Assembly (NCBI GenBank): GCA_951406725.2
Contig: OX597815.1
Location: forward strand, 42,904,001 to 42,968,000
Origin: Octopus vulgaris
Lineage: Eukaryota
DNA: 64,000 bases
Direction: 5' to 3'
Shown here: in pieces, positions 26,906 through 41,015 of the stretch
How the letters are laid out: the number at the start of each line of letters is the position of its first letter
How positions within the stretch are numbered: position 1 is the stretch's first letter
The notes under the pieces: generated by a model
Told to the model about the DNA's origin: nothing
Seen by the model: only the letters and a program-made list of their open reading frames with translations
Database searches by the model: none
Position numbers and translations under genes: made by a program

Positions 26906-27023
26906 CGACGGGCTTCTTTCAGTTTCCGTCTACCAAATCCACTTGTCCAAGGTGCCAGGCAGTGGGACTGAACCCGGAACCATGTGGTTGGTAACTACTT
27001 ACCACACAGCCACTCCTGCGCCT
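26630..27023 (-). mobile_element. SINE family A
   Basis: Homology to family A, with small deletions. Confidence 0.85.
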
Positions 27024-27029
27024 ATGCTC

Positions 27030-27649
27030 ATTTATAATTATTATTCAGTACTCTTGTTTTTACCACATGCTTTCACTGCACTACCGAGCACAGTTCTGTG
27101 TACCTTGGGTATGTGCTGTGGTTTGTTGCGATGCTCTTATTTTTACTGTATTGAAAGTGTTATTCGTAGGTTGTGTGCGGTGCCTAGTAATGCTATTTTC
27201 TGTATGCTATACACACTTGTTAGTCCTGGTGTTTTTGTTATGTATTTGTCTGAAAATTTTTTTATCTTACATAATGCACCTACTATGATAGGAATTGTTT
27301 CTGATTTTAGACTCCACATTCGAGTTACTTCTATTTCCAGATCTTTGTATTTTGAAAGTTTCTCCATTTCTTTTAGAGAAACGTTGTCATCTGTTTGTAT
27401 TGATATATCGATTAAAAAGCATTTGTTTTTCTTGGTGATCTCTGACAACTATATCCGGCCAATTGGCCTTAATTTCTCTATCTGTGTGCTTTGACATATC
27501 CTAGAGTATGGCTGCTTTTTTCTATGACCTTTTCTGGCATCTGCCTATTCCATCTTTTTTCTGTTGTTATTCCATAGTTTCTAGTGTATATAGGTCCCAA
27601 CTCTGTCGTGTCTGTAAATATATTCCTTCTTAGCCATATATATTTCCTT

Positions 27650-27650
<1 letters not shown>
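27030..27650 (-). pseudogene. R4/Dong-like LINE 3' end (RLE domain and short UTR)
   Basis: ORF 27143-27448 CFLIDISIQTDDNVSLKEMEKLSKYKDLEIEVTRMW..PIIVGAL..IQKIALLGTAHNLR; ends in TAA-like repeats. Confidence 0.85.
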
Positions 27651-27683
<33 letters not shown>

Positions 27684-27684
<1 letters not shown>

Positions 27685-28195
27685 TCAGTGAGAGAGCAGC
27701 ACATGCCATCAAAGTGACACTGGGGTACAATTATACGAAGCCCAATATACCCATCATGACTACCCATTTGAGAAAGGTATACCAGACACATGACCTTGCA
27801 GGTGGGGCCCAGTTAGAATTTTCTTCAGGTTGAGTAGCCCACCCGCTCAAAAGGTCCCTGAAAAAGGGTTGTTTCAGGATGATGAACGAAACAATCATGT
27901 TTCCAGAGATGACTTATTCAAACCCCAAATATTTCCTCTCAACGCACGGCTATGATACTCCCCCACTTACTTCTGCTCGTGATCAGAGATGCACATATCG
28001 TCATCCACCAAGATACATGCTCAACTTGCTATGGTAAAACAACTAACAAACAAATCTGTGGTGTTGAGCAGAATATTTACTGTAGCCCATCTTTTATGCA
28101 AAGACAAAACAATGTACATGATAACACTTCCAGTCAGTTAAGACGAGAAACCATTAGAGCCACTGCCTGGTATTATTCATATCTGCCTGGTATTA
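27684..28195. repeat. ~550-bp interspersed element family D
   Basis: Homologous to 61374-61921 and, inverted, to 63260-63836; fragment at ~2288-2355. Confidence 0.8.
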
Positions 28196-28660
28196 TTCGT
28201 ATCAGTATGACACCCGTTGCATTGTGATTTAGCTTGTTCGTCTGGTTATATGCTCGAGAATTGCAAATTGTTAAAATTTTGTTATGTAACGTTTGTTGAA
28301 GACAATCAGAACCCATGTTACCGGTTGGTTATTTTACTTTTTGCTCCTTTGGAGTTTGAATTTGCTAGAAGACTTTTCAAATTTTGCTTTGAAAAACACA
28401 TTTGGCATTTTTTTTTCTTTTACAAACATAGGCCAGCAAACTGAAGGCAGGGATAAAAGGTAACCCACAAAGACTGGCCTATCTCCTGTCAAAGTCTATC
28501 ACCTTTTACACGGTCCATCGCCTTTACACGTGGACAAGGAGAAAAACTTTTTACATGCGTTGAAACTTGAAAGTTGAAAGTTCAAATAATTGCTCCATTT
28601 CTTTTACAGCAAAAAACAGTAGTAGCAGCAACAACAGCACTAGCTGCTACTTCTACTACA

Positions 28661-28725
<65 letters not shown>

Positions 28726-28729
28726 ACCT

Positions 28730-30700
28730 TATGGACTTGCAGTTGCTCCCTGATAGAGATGCAGATCTCTACGAAAGGCCGATAACAGCTGATAAAATAA
28801 ACCTTGCTGCACGAGGAAAAAATCGTCGAGGCTGGATGTCCTGCCCTACGAGCTTTATTTTCAAATGCAACACTTGTTCGGAGACCTCTTGTCTAAAGCA
28901 TCTGGCAGCAGAACGGGAGAATTCCCAGTTCTGCGAAACATGTTGTTATGGAGCAGCTGAGAAAATAGCCGGTCAAAGGATGTGGTTTTAATAGTTTCAG
29001 GCCCAAAACTCTGCTAAATTCAGAGTGCAAGGTTTTGGCTTTAAGTTTTAGGTAAGATTGATGCTTGCCGTCAATAATCTGGTAGATTAGGCACAAGTAT
29101 GCACCATCATAAACAAATCTATACACACAACCTCCGCCACAAGCGATACATCATAGAAAGTGAGGGTAAGGAACCTGGTTCTAATTAATTTAGATCAACC
29201 GAGATCATTCAATAGAGTCTATCACCAGAACTTGGAGACTGTTCTGAAGGCGGCTAGCCACAGACCCGTCTTGAGAAGTCTCTGCAATGTACACCGACAC
29301 CTATTCGGTGGTCGCAGTAAATTATCACCTATTGGAAAGATTTAGTATCATACGTGTGGTCCATCAAGGGTGTCATTTTCTCGCCCCTTGTGTATGTATT
29401 AGCGCTTTAGCCACTAATGTGAACGTTAGAAGTTTTGATGGGCATTCCACGTGACGTAGAATGTGGGAAACTACTGTCAGCATACGCGGATGGTGTCACC
29501 GTAATAATGATGATCGGTACTGCTCTGCTCTGACGGAGTACGAAGACAATTTTGTAGGCCCGCAGTTGGGCACCTGGGAAAATAGATCTATGTCACCCAA
29601 CTGGGACAAGGTGGTGAGCAGTGACCAATTTTACTCAGAAATAGGCCAAGAGAAAGTTATCTCTGAGTGGTAGAGTGGATGTGGCGATCGTCCTCGCTGC
29701 ATCCATCATCTACTGCCACCTGATTGTCGTGCTTTGCCTTTCTGCGTGGCTGACCAGATTGGAGCGCACGCACTACCACTTTCTGTAGAGGACACGTGTT
29801 TCGTTGGTTAGACGATTCGTTTGCTAGCAAAAATCAGTAGCATGAAAGGACTGGTAATGTCGTGGCTTATAATGCGCGTACATGCGTTGAGGCTGCATCA
29901 TTTTTGCATAATTCTTGGTCTACCGTTTGTCGCACTCACTTTTCAACCACTCGTCTCTTTGACAGAGATACTGTTCCGAAGCAGGTGTATAGCAGCTAGA
30001 GTGTCATCAAGCGTTTGCAACCCTCTTACCAGTCAGACAATGTAGTCGGTAGGAGTCTAGCTTGGCATACTATAGGGGTTATTGACGAGCAAGTGTGACG
30101 ATGTTTTTGGGAAGGCACTGGGCGTCGATGATACTCAACGTCTATCAAATCCAGAAAACTTTCAGTCTAGAGCCTATGGATAATTTCCAGAAATTCATGG
30201 TCTGACAGCGCTATAGAAGGGCACTGCCGGTTCACAAATTTTATAAGCATCGCAGTGCTGTAAGCTGTGCCCACTAGGCGTGTGCGCAGACTGGTAACTA
30301 TTTTGCATTTACTCGTCCAACAGTAATGATGAACCGCTTCTGTCACGTGTGTAACAGATATGGCTATTGGCCGATTCCATTGTGAAGATCACCCCTCTGT
30401 TTTCATTTGGCTGCTAAGTGTAGGCAGTGTTCCTCCGCTTGGTGACTATAGCGAAAGAGGTTGTGTGATGGGTGAGACTGGAAGGACTGAAGACAGACAC
30501 TTTCTTCCTCAGTCAAACCCTCAGCTTTTTAAAGTCTCATATGAAGAGGAAGGTGAGATTTGAGAGAGAGAAATGCCAACCCTCAGTAGATTTGTTGAAA
30601 GCTGGGTTAAAGTGTTGAGGGTGGCTCAGTGAGCGCGCCTGTTCTGAGTATGCGATCGTTGGATGTAGAGATCAGATAAGAGAGGGGCACCTCTCAGCGC
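28730..30700 (+). pseudogene. L1/Tx1-like LINE RT region, heavily decayed
   Basis: LINLDQPRSFNRVYHQNL (LDQEKAFDRVDH), VHQGC and AYADGVT (YADD) motifs in order. Confidence 0.6.
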
Positions 30701-30809
30701 TGCCGTTGGCGGTCGGGTTGAAGCCAGATCCGTGGAGTTTCTTGGTTACTTCTGGGTGGTATTTCGCTCACTATTGTTGTTATAAGTTTCTTATTAATTG
30801 TTGCTACCT

Positions 30810-31030
30810 AAAGGCGGTGTGCTGGCAGAATCGTTAGCACGCCGGACAAAATATTTAGTCAGTATTTCTTCCATCTTTATATTACATTCTAAAGTTCATA
30901 TATCGCCGAGTTCGACTTTGCCTTTCATCCTTTCAGAGTTGGTAAAATAAATAGCAGTTGAGCACTGGCGTCGATGTAAATCAACTAACCCATCCCGCCA
31001 AATTTTAGGCCTTGTGCTTGGAGTAAAAAG
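30810..31030 (+). mobile_element. SINE family B
   Basis: aaggcggtgtgctggcagaatcgttagcacgccgg...cgactttgcctttcatccttt. Confidence 0.8.
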
Positions 31031-31871
31031 AAATTATAATTATTATCATATTCCAAATGGATCTTCGACCAGCTTAATCTTTGTTTGCATTTGGAAGAAA
31101 ATCATATTTTAACTGACAAAATAAATAAATAAATAAATAAATAAATATAAAATGAACACTGTTATCGAAATCAATAATCTTCGCGAGCCTCAGTAATTCA
31201 TTTCCAACATAGCCTTAAACAAATGCGAAGTTTCATGAAATACCAAAAAATAATATATATAATAGAACTCGCTCCATTAGAGCAATCATTTTAAACTACC
31301 ATCAGTATCTGGAGTCTTCTCAGCGTTTGTGCAGAATGGAAATTCGTGACTAATTCCAAGGCTTCCGCGATTTCAACGTTCATGTTTTACTGGTGGCAGT
31401 GGCGGTCGTCTATTATTATTTTTGATTATTTTATGTCATTTGATATCAAACCTAAACTGGCTAAAACAGCCATGCTTTCCCCATGTGAGATGCGCTCTTA
31501 GATAACAATCCAATCCAGCAAATAAAAAATAAAGACAGCACGAAAATCGTCAGAAAGTGTAATAAATTGTTATTTCATAAACTATAGAGCTCTTCTGGTA
31601 TTACTATACAGACAGGCAACAACTACTTAGTATTAACGGATCTACAACATTTCATTGGCTTCATTCAGTTTAATTCAACATAAAGATAGATGTCGGCAAC
31701 TTTCTGCATTATATCAACAGCTTATCTACACTATTACACATTCAAGTCTCAGAGTGTGCTACCTTTTCAAATTTCAAATGTCGCATGCACCATTGCTGCC
31801 AACAATCTATTCAGCCTCCCAGACATATATCCATTTCATATCTATCAATCTATATATCTATCTATACATGC

Positions 31872-31942
<71 letters not shown>

Positions 31943-32361
31943 CATACATACATACATTTATATATATATATATGTATGTATGTATGTACGTATGTATGTA
32001 TTATGCATGTATGTATGTATGTATTTAATTCGAGAAGATAATTATAATCTAGCTTTAACTTCATTAACACTTCAAGTAGGAACCTCGGTAGCATAATGTT
32101 CAGTTATCTGAATAAATAGTAAAACTGCAATTGGTTAGAAAGGAAAGCACTTCATAAATCCAATATATAATACAATAAGCATAAAATGTGTGTGTATACA
32201 CATACATGTATACATACATGCATGCATACACATGCATGCGCATGTGTATGTGTGTATGTATGTTCAATGATCGATGTGTCTTTTGAATTTCTCATCAATA
32301 GAGAAAGAGCTACTTTCTAGCCGACAGACAGGAACCGTTCATTGGCACTAAGACATTACGA

Positions 32362-32480
<119 letters not shown>

Positions 32481-32491
32481 ATGTGTGTGTG

Positions 32492-32739
32492 TGTGGAGGA
32501 TCGCGGTTTCGATTCCCAGACCGGGCGTTGTGTGTGTTTATTGAGCGAAAACACCTAAGAGCTCCACGAGGCTCCGGCAGGGGGGGGGGGTGATCCCTGC
32601 TGTACTCTTTCACCACTCTTTCTTCTGTTGGCCTGCTCGCTTAGCCAGCGGAGTGGCGTCGTTTGAAGGCTAAAACAATGCGAACGCATTGTGACCAGCG
32701 ATGTGTAGCAACATCTGATGGTCTGGTCGGTCACGTGAT

Positions 32740-32747
<8 letters not shown>
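32492..32747 (+). mobile_element. SINE family C with deleted head
   Basis: Matches the reverse complement of 9069-9330; ends tcacgtgatcacgtga-(TA)n. Confidence 0.85.
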
Positions 32748-32770
<23 letters not shown>

Positions 32771-32772
<2 letters not shown>

Positions 32773-33044
32773 ATCAAAATAAGCAACAAGAATATCTTCG
32801 GTAATTTGGTTCGATCGTTTCACGCTACATCATTTTATTAAACATTGTAAGTATTACAAATTTTACTGGACAGTGTTGTGCAACCTGCCTTATTTTTAAG
32901 CCTAAAGGAGGAAGGGTGGTTGTTCGAATGCTTTTTTAGATCCACCGAACAACTGTTGTAATACTTACAATGTTTAATAAAATGATGTAGCGTGAAACGA
33001 TCGTACCAAATTACCGAAGATATTCTTGTTGCTTATTTTGATTA
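32771..33044. repeat. Foldback element with ~88-bp near-perfect inverted arms
   Basis: taatcaaaataagcaacaagaatatcttcggtaatttgg...gtattacaa is mirrored at 32956-33044, with one mismatch seen. Confidence 0.9.
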
Positions 33045-33138
33045 TAATCACCCTATGGATTTATATGGATAACACCGTACAAAATTCTGGTGCATCTGAC
33101 TTAAGTACCAAATTCATTTGAATCTAAATTTTGCTGAA

Positions 33139-33223
<85 letters not shown>

Positions 33224-33313
33224 GTATGTATACATCTATATATATATATATGTATGTATTATGTATGTATGCATACCTGTATGCATGTATATATATGTAA
33301 GCATTCGCATATA

Positions 33314-33669
33314 CAAGGTCTGACTAATAAGTATCCGGATTGTTGCTATAGAACACCCAGTGACGCTGCTTGATACAGATTGACCTTTAACTCTACTGTG
33401 CATGTGCACCAAGTTTAACGTTCTAAACTTTTGGCAAAATTTGATGCGGATTCTCTGCTCAGCTTTCTTTGTTATGGTAAATGTGACAATCACATGCTAC
33501 ACACCTTCCTTCCAAGCACAGCTGTAAACAGCAGAAGTGAGCTAGAACGTTTAAAATTTGTGCACACGCACAGCAGGGTTCAAGGTCAAACTGTGACCAG
33601 CAGCTTCACTCTGCGTGCTTTAGCTTCGTTACTATAGCAACAGTCTGGATAATTATTAATCAGACCACG
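33314..33669. mobile_element. mariner-derived MITE
   Basis: TA-flanked imperfect inverted arms >100 bp (ggtctgactaataagtatccggattgttgctatag / ctatagcaacagtctggataattattaatcagacc); internal EQRIRIKFC transposase N-terminal remnant on the minus strand. Confidence 0.8.
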
Positions 33670-33766
33670 TATATCCAAGTACAGATGTGTGCATATACAT
33701 ATGTGAACGCATGGAAGTTATTGTTCTTCTCATTACATATACTGAGCGTCGTAAATGTTTCAAATA

Positions 33767-35027
33767 TTAGGTCGTCAAGTATGAAATTTGTCGTAAGGTA
33801 TATGATAAATTTTGACAGCTACTCATTTTGCGCCATTATTATATTTTGACAATCCTTATTTTTTGTAAGAAAACTGACACATCTATTTCTTTATTCTACC
33901 TCATTTTGCGCTTTATAAAGTATTTATAAATCGTTTTTGCTATTTTTGTTTAGAAATGTATAAGCCGGAAATTTGTACTGTTTTGAAATATGAGTTCTTT
34001 CTTGGAAATACAGCATCACGGACCGCTCGGAATATTAATGGTGTATTTCATTCTAATGTTATTACACAGCAGACACTATCAAATTGGTTTGCAAAATTTC
34101 GTTCTGGTAACTTTGACCTCAACAATGAGCACGCAGTCGACCATAAACAAAGGTGGATAATGACAAACTGAAAGCTACCGTCGAGTCAGATCCATCTCAA
34201 AGTGCCCGTGAATTATCGTTGTCGTTTGGTGTTAGCAAGCAAACAATATTGACTCATCTGGTTCAAATCGGTAAAGTGAAAATATTGGATAAGTGGGTTC
34301 CACACGAACTCAATGAAAATCAGAAACAGCAACGTTTGGAAACCTGCATTATGCTACTTTCTCGTCATTTTTTAATCAAATTGTAACATGTGATGAGAAA
34401 TGGATCCAATACAACAACCGTAAACGTTCAGCACAATGGATGGACAAAGACGAGCCACCAAAACAGTCCAAAAGCAAAATTCATCAAAAGAAGCCGATGG
34501 TGTGTGTTTGGTGGTCTGGCGCAAGTGTGATCCATTATGATTTCATTAAACCAGGATCATCAATCACGGCCGAAGTAGGCTGCGGCCAACTGGACCAAAT
34601 GAAGCAGAAACTTACAGAAAAACAGCCTAGATTAGTCAACAGATCCACTCCTATTTTATCGCGAGACAACACCAGTCCACACATCGTAAAAATGACATTG
34701 GCAAAACTACAGGAGTTGGAGTTGGAAGTTCTCCATCATCCACCATACTCACCTGATCTTGCCTCCACTGGCTACCACTTCTTCCAGAATTTGAATAACT
34801 TTTTGATAGGAAAAAAAATTTAATTCTGTCGATGCCGTAAAATAGGCCTTCCATGATTTTACTGACTCTAGATTGCCAGGCTTCTACAGTTCTGGGCTGG
34901 ACAAGCTACCGCTGAAACGGCAAAAATGTATTGACAATATAGGTGTACACTTTGATGAATAAAACTATTCCTTGTATTTATAAAACATTAGCAAACTTTT
35001 TTCTCCTCTACAAATTTCATACTTGAC
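33767..35027 (+). mobile_element. mariner transposon, decayed (WVPHEL type)
   Basis: TIR gtcaagtatgaaatttgt / acaaatttcatacttgac; broken transposase 33956-34961 with WVPHEL, VTCDEKW, RDNTSPH, HPPYSPDLAS. Confidence 0.9.
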
Positions 35028-35028
35028 T

Positions 35029-35330
35029 TCATATTTTGTCCGTACGTTTGAAAGGTTTTATCTGTAATCTAATAATTAAGAATTTTCTTTTTGATCTTGT
35101 GAATCCCAGCTTTTCAGGATCGATTCTAAGGCCGTTAGTCGTGCTGTAAAGTGCCCCAATAATTATTGGGCGAAATCTAAAATTATATTTTAGATGATGT
35201 AACTTCAGATTTCTCGTCAGTTCCGCATAGATGTTTCCTGTTTGAGAAATTTTCAACATCATCTTGACATCTAAAGGGCAACTGATTTCAAGTAAATTAT
35301 ATAGTTTCTTTTCTCAGTTCTAGACTCTTA
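35029..35330 (-). pseudogene. RLE-type LINE C-terminal fragment
   Basis: NIYAELTRNLKL..FRPIIIGAL, homologous to 2696-2850; a similar remnant lies at 36257-36450. Confidence 0.6.
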
Positions 35331-35709
35331 TAATGCATGTATGCGTGCAAGAATAGCTAACCGAAAGATGTTAGTATAATATTAATGAATAGTGTAGTGA
35401 AAACATCCACGTTGAACTAATAAAAGATGTACAGTTATCCAGCCGGAATACAAATTTAGGTTTACGCCTATAATTATTGCCACTTGGATAAGTAACTAAC
35501 TGCCTCCGCGCAAGTCTTCAGAAGCTGAGGATCACAAAACCATAAAGATCGCAACTAATCAGGAAATTTAAGCTACAGGCCATTAAAGGCACTGCAAAAT
35601 GCACGTATGAACGCATATAGGCAAATATCTTCGTGGATGTACACGCACGCGTGAATATTTATATATATATATATATATATATGTTCCGGCTGGATAACTG
35701 TACATCTGC

Positions 35710-35756
<47 letters not shown>

Positions 35757-35761
35757 GTATG

Positions 35762-35824
<63 letters not shown>

Positions 35825-35880
35825 TATATATATATATTTATATATATACATGTATGTATGTATGTGTGTACATATATATA

Positions 35881-35930
<50 letters not shown>

Positions 35931-37200
35931 CGTGTTCGCGTGTATGCATATAATTATATAGATTTGCACATATGCCTCTACACACACACACGAGTGAAAG
36001 CACGGATATCATTGCATGTGCTGATTTGTATCTTTTAGCTTACGTTTATGTACGTATATTCATTTTCATGTATCTACACATTTATAAATACACATTTTAC
36101 TAGCAAAACTTCTAGAATGTCTTATATAATTGAGCGTGGTTTTAATGGCGTGTAGCTATAATTTTCTAATTAGTTGTGTTCTTCGTGGTTTTATAAAGCT
36201 CAATTTCTCAAGACTCGTACTGTGACAGTTAATTCCATATCCAAGTGTCTTAACAATTAGAGGCATAACTCTAAAACTATCTTCCTAGCGCGTAATTGTA
36301 CATGTCTTATTAGTTCGGTATAGACGTTAAGATTACACTTATCTTTAATATTGCTAACGTCTTTGGTGAAACTAATTTCTACAACTACAAAAAATTTCTT
36401 TTTTTTTTCCGTGTTCCAAATCTGTTGAGGCAGAATTAGCAGAATTATTAGAGCATACTCGAGCATAGCTGGCTTGTGGAGTTATGTGGAACACCTGCTG
36501 ACGTGTGTGAAACAGCTATCAGCTGAGTCTGTTATGGAAATCGTCCCGCCACCTACCTTTGACCGAAAAGGGAAGGCTGTCTTCGCGTGCCATGTGACTT
36601 TGGCGGAAGAGGCTGTGTGGTGGACAAGACTGAAGGGTTGAAGAAAGATATCTTCTTTAGCAGAAATTTTATCAATTTCAAGTTTAATTTAAAAGGGACG
36701 CGAAACTTTCAGCAAATTTGTTGAAATTTAAATGGGATTGGCAAGGACGGTCCGAGTGAACAGGTTTGGTCTGAGTATGCACCTGTAGATTGACGGAGGA
36801 AGAAATGGAGAAGGTGACTGCCTTTGGTGGTTAAGTTGACTGTGATAGTTTGATGTCACTTCATTGACAAAACTCTCCATGGTATGTGAACTGTTCCAGG
36901 CAGCGCGAACTTCTGGATAAAAAATAATGTTTCTTGGGACATTCTTGGTGAATTTTTATATTCCCTTCATGAGTTCTAGTACTCTCGCAACCACTGGTAT
37001 TATTTCGGTGTTCATATTCAACATCCTGCTTATTTTAATGTCGAAGTCTTTGTACTTGGTTAACTTTTCCGTGACTTTCTTTCGGGGGGTACTTAAATAT
37101 CGTTGACGATATCATGCTTGGTGGCAGTTTTCGTTCGACACAAAGTCTCTCAATGACGAGCTGTGTAAAGAAAATGTGTGTGTATTTATGTATATTCATA

Positions 37201-37239
<39 letters not shown>

Positions 37240-37749
37240 AGGAAACGAAAAATCTTCACGGCATCGGCTAGCAGAAACGCCAGATACATTTCGGCCTTTT
37301 TGGGCCTTGTCAATGATGTGTACTTGCTGACATATGCCTAGATGATATCTGTCGCCTCCTATATATTGAAAACACTGATCAATGCATTTACTGATATTGA
37401 AAATACCCGTCGAGCTGAATATAAACTAGGCATGTGCAACTGAAATAGCATTAACTTAAAACAGTCATCTCTGTAACAGATAAATTTTATACAGCGTTGA
37501 GAGGCAAGATAATGCAATCTTGCCTGTCAACTGTTTATATGCTTTAAGTATGAAACAATTCTGCACCGACCAGTACATAATATTGTACATCCATTACCAC
37601 TTCGACAATACGATGAAGACTGTTCCTAACTGATGAGTTTGTAAGTCTAAAACAATCCAGAGTTGTTCAAATAATTCAAATAATATTGCTGTTTTTTTTT
37701 TCGCATAGCATAATTATTTCTATTGAGTTTTTCATGCACTTTTTATAAA

Positions 37750-37969
37750 CCCTTTTATTACCAACCTGGCTGAAACCGTCTCTGGCTCTGGATACAAATG
37801 TCTTGTTTTCATAAGTTTTGAATTAAAATCTTCCACCAAACCTTAGTCACAATTTATGTTCCTAACACTCTATGAACGATAACTAAGTTATTTTACTAAA
37901 TTCTTTGTTATATTTAAAGTAATTGAATGAAATAGAGAGCATCTCAAAATAAATGCAGTAACAAAAGGG
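37750..37969. mobile_element. piggyBac-like MITE
   Basis: TIR cccttttattac / gtaacaaaaggg, with TTAA on the right and TAAA on the left. Confidence 0.6.
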
Positions 37970-39888
37970 TTAACGCTAAATATGTTGGTGAATTTTTATA
38001 TTCCCTTCGTGAGTTCTAGTACTTAAATCAATTCAGCTCATTTCTATAAATTTGGATTAATCTTACATATTAGTATATGGCCACAGTTTAATAGAAAGGG
38101 ACTAAACGAAACCTACATCAATACTCGTCAAGTACTTTATTTCTATATCTGCAACTATTGGAAGGAAAATATTGGTCAACTCTGATGGAATTTTGAACGT
38201 GAACGTTGATAGATGATATTAAATACCGTATACCAATGGAACCTACATGCTATCGTGTCTGTCATGGATTAATCTTTAGCAGTAAATGTACTACAAAGAA
38301 TAAATAGATTAAGATATGTACTTTTAATTTGTCAATCCTGTGTTCCAGTCACTACAATTTTCTTCTTTCCCGAACAACACACCATAATGATGCCATTTAC
38401 TTTTCTTCCGCTTTTTCTTTTTCTTTTCTCATTCCTCACCTTTTTCGAAAATAAGGTTAATTTAATATGGCACACAAATTATTTCGTTGATTATAACATA
38501 TTCATTCCTTTTATTCATTTTTCATAATGGCTTATCCAGACAGTCTTAAGTGATATCAGGAATTCTATTCAGTTCTGCATTTTTTTATTTTATTTTTAAC
38601 GAACGTTAATTCATATTCAGTTAGCATCGTATCATCAGCTTTCATTTGCTTTTGAGTTAGAAAGTAAATGAAAGCGATATTGTGTTTCATAGCAACACTC
38701 TCATCATATGATGCTTGTCGACAACTATCTAAAAACCAATACTCCAGGCATGGGAACTAATAAATAACTGGCTTTTCCAATTCCTTTACGGTTGCAAATG
38801 AAAAAAAATGCATTCCAATACAAGTACATGTGAAAAAGAAACAGAGATAATGTAATTCAATGCATGCCTTCGACAGAATTAGAAAGGGGACGGAAAATAT
38901 CTTTTGATAAACGATATGTAGCTTCATGCCAAAACAGCTTATAACTTTTCATCGTTTTATAATAAAATATATAGTCCCATCTGTTCGAAAAGTATATCTG
39001 TATCATACATAGCTCATATAAAAATCGATGGCATGGGCATGGCTGAAAAAGGTTTTGTGAGTACTATTTATTGTCTGCGTCTCTGGAACAGTACTGTCGT
39101 TACACAAACACTTACCCATCCAACGACCCACACAAACCTAATCACACACACATACACACGCACATCCTCGCGTGTACACACAATTGAACTCATACACAAA
39201 ATCATCGTAAGTGTATCCCCAAAACAAATCATTCGGCTGAGTTGAAAATACGCATCCTCCGATGTACTACAACCACTGGCTCAAATATAATCTATTTCTT
39301 TTCTCTACTTGTAAGATAATTATAAAATACAGACTCCCTGAACTAGCCAGCTACGAATCTTGTCAGCTAAAGGCAAACATACAAACCTATTAGTCCTTCT
39401 TACTCTATACCTTCTGTATCTCGTCCCTCAAATTCTATCGTGTCTCTCCCCACAAACTTACTTTTTCCAATCATTCTTCAGACTCATATATATATATCTA
39501 TTTTCTCGTTCCCTATGGTTATCTTACAGAGATAGATCTGCAGATGTTCCGATTGAATCTCAAGGGTCGAAAAAGGTGAATAACTGAATAAGAAATAAAA
39601 CGAAGTTCAAATGCCAAAAAAGTAATGTTTAACGTTAAATATTTCTTCAGTAATATATCTCACGTATTGCTAAATGTCAATTCTTTTCACCAAGTTGAGA
39701 AAAACCAGTGACATTAGTCCCAATTGATCGTATCTAACAAATACAATTTTCAAATCTCAGATTGTCTGTCAACTTGAATACAAGAACATGTTTTATGACC
39801 GGCAATATTTCATTTGAAATTGCTTTAGTATAAACATACATCTGTTTGAGATAACGTTGATATTGTGTCCCACTCTCTCTCTCCCTCC

Positions 39889-39925
<37 letters not shown>

Positions 39926-40072
39926 TAATGATGAATGTTGGTATAAAGTCTAGCTAAAAGAAGTTGATAATATAAACAGATTCGATAACACAGTCTGCAC
40001 ATACTATACTTGTAGTTCGTTACGTGGCAATGCTGTTTATATGCACACACACACGCACACACACATATATAT

Positions 40073-41015
40073 ATCTTATACATATATAAAAGAAAGTTGT
40101 CTGTGTTATGGTTGCCGTCTACAACCGTTAACGAATTTTCGTGAAACTTTGCAAACATGCTAAAGTGATATTCAGTTAGTTACTAAACTCGTTGAAGTTT
40201 AATAAAAATCTACAATTGGATGGCTAGGGCTCGTCGAAGGGATCCTTATATATAGCAAATATATTTTATCTTAAAAGCAAAGGGAAATAACCCATTCAAT
40301 TTCTAAGCCAGATTTTCCTATATTATTTGGTATAAATCAAGTTGGTATAAATCAAGTTTATTTCTTAGTATTTGAACTTTTAGAGTTATTTTCGCAATTT
40401 ATCCAGTACAACCCTTAAACAAGTAAATAATATTTTCCTAAACAATAGATCCGCTTTCATGTCACTTCAGCCAAATGACAAGCGCTGCAAGAAGAACTGT
40501 TCTGCTTTTACACAAATGCACTGTCATCACAAAGGTCACACCCTGTTTACATGTAGGAGCACCTTCTTAGAATCTATCTGAAAATGGCCAGCCTGTATAT
40601 TTCACACGCGACAATGCTCAAAATGTAGTTCTGAATCCATCAGAAACCACTTTGACAGCTTTCTTCAAATGATGGCTATGTGATCTGTTTGCCTGGATAC
40701 TGTTGTATGTAGAGGTTCTTGTGTACTATATCAGGGCACACAATAGATGGAACAAACACAAGCAAGAAGCATGTGTTGAGGACTGGGAAGAACATGCTGT
40801 CTTCAGAAGTGAGGCCTCTGGGCGGGTATACACTGTGCTCCCTAATCAGTGGGAGTGCTTCTTTCTGCATCTACTGCTACACACTCTCAGAGGTCCTACA
40901 TCATTCACAGACTTTCGAAGACACAATGGGGAAGTCTGCACGATCTACAGAGAACCAAACCTGGACTACTGGAGGACGATGCTCACTGGGACCAGACACT
41001 GGAGGAAGCAACCCC
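40073..41015 (+). mobile_element. Helitron remnant (5' end plus Rep-helicase linker fragment)
   Basis: ENGQPVYF..ETTLTAFF, GRVYTV..ECFFLHLLLHTLRGPTSFTDFR, GLLEDDAHWDQTLEEA; TC-tat(a)..taaaa start near 40073. Confidence 0.8.

Noticed and set aside
37625-37670. CTGATGAG motif as a hammerhead
   Set aside because: No GAAA (reads TAAAAC) and no convincing stems
38330-38450. Short minus-strand open frame ending MVCCSGKKKIVVTGTQD*
   Set aside because: No recognisable domain or clear splice acceptor
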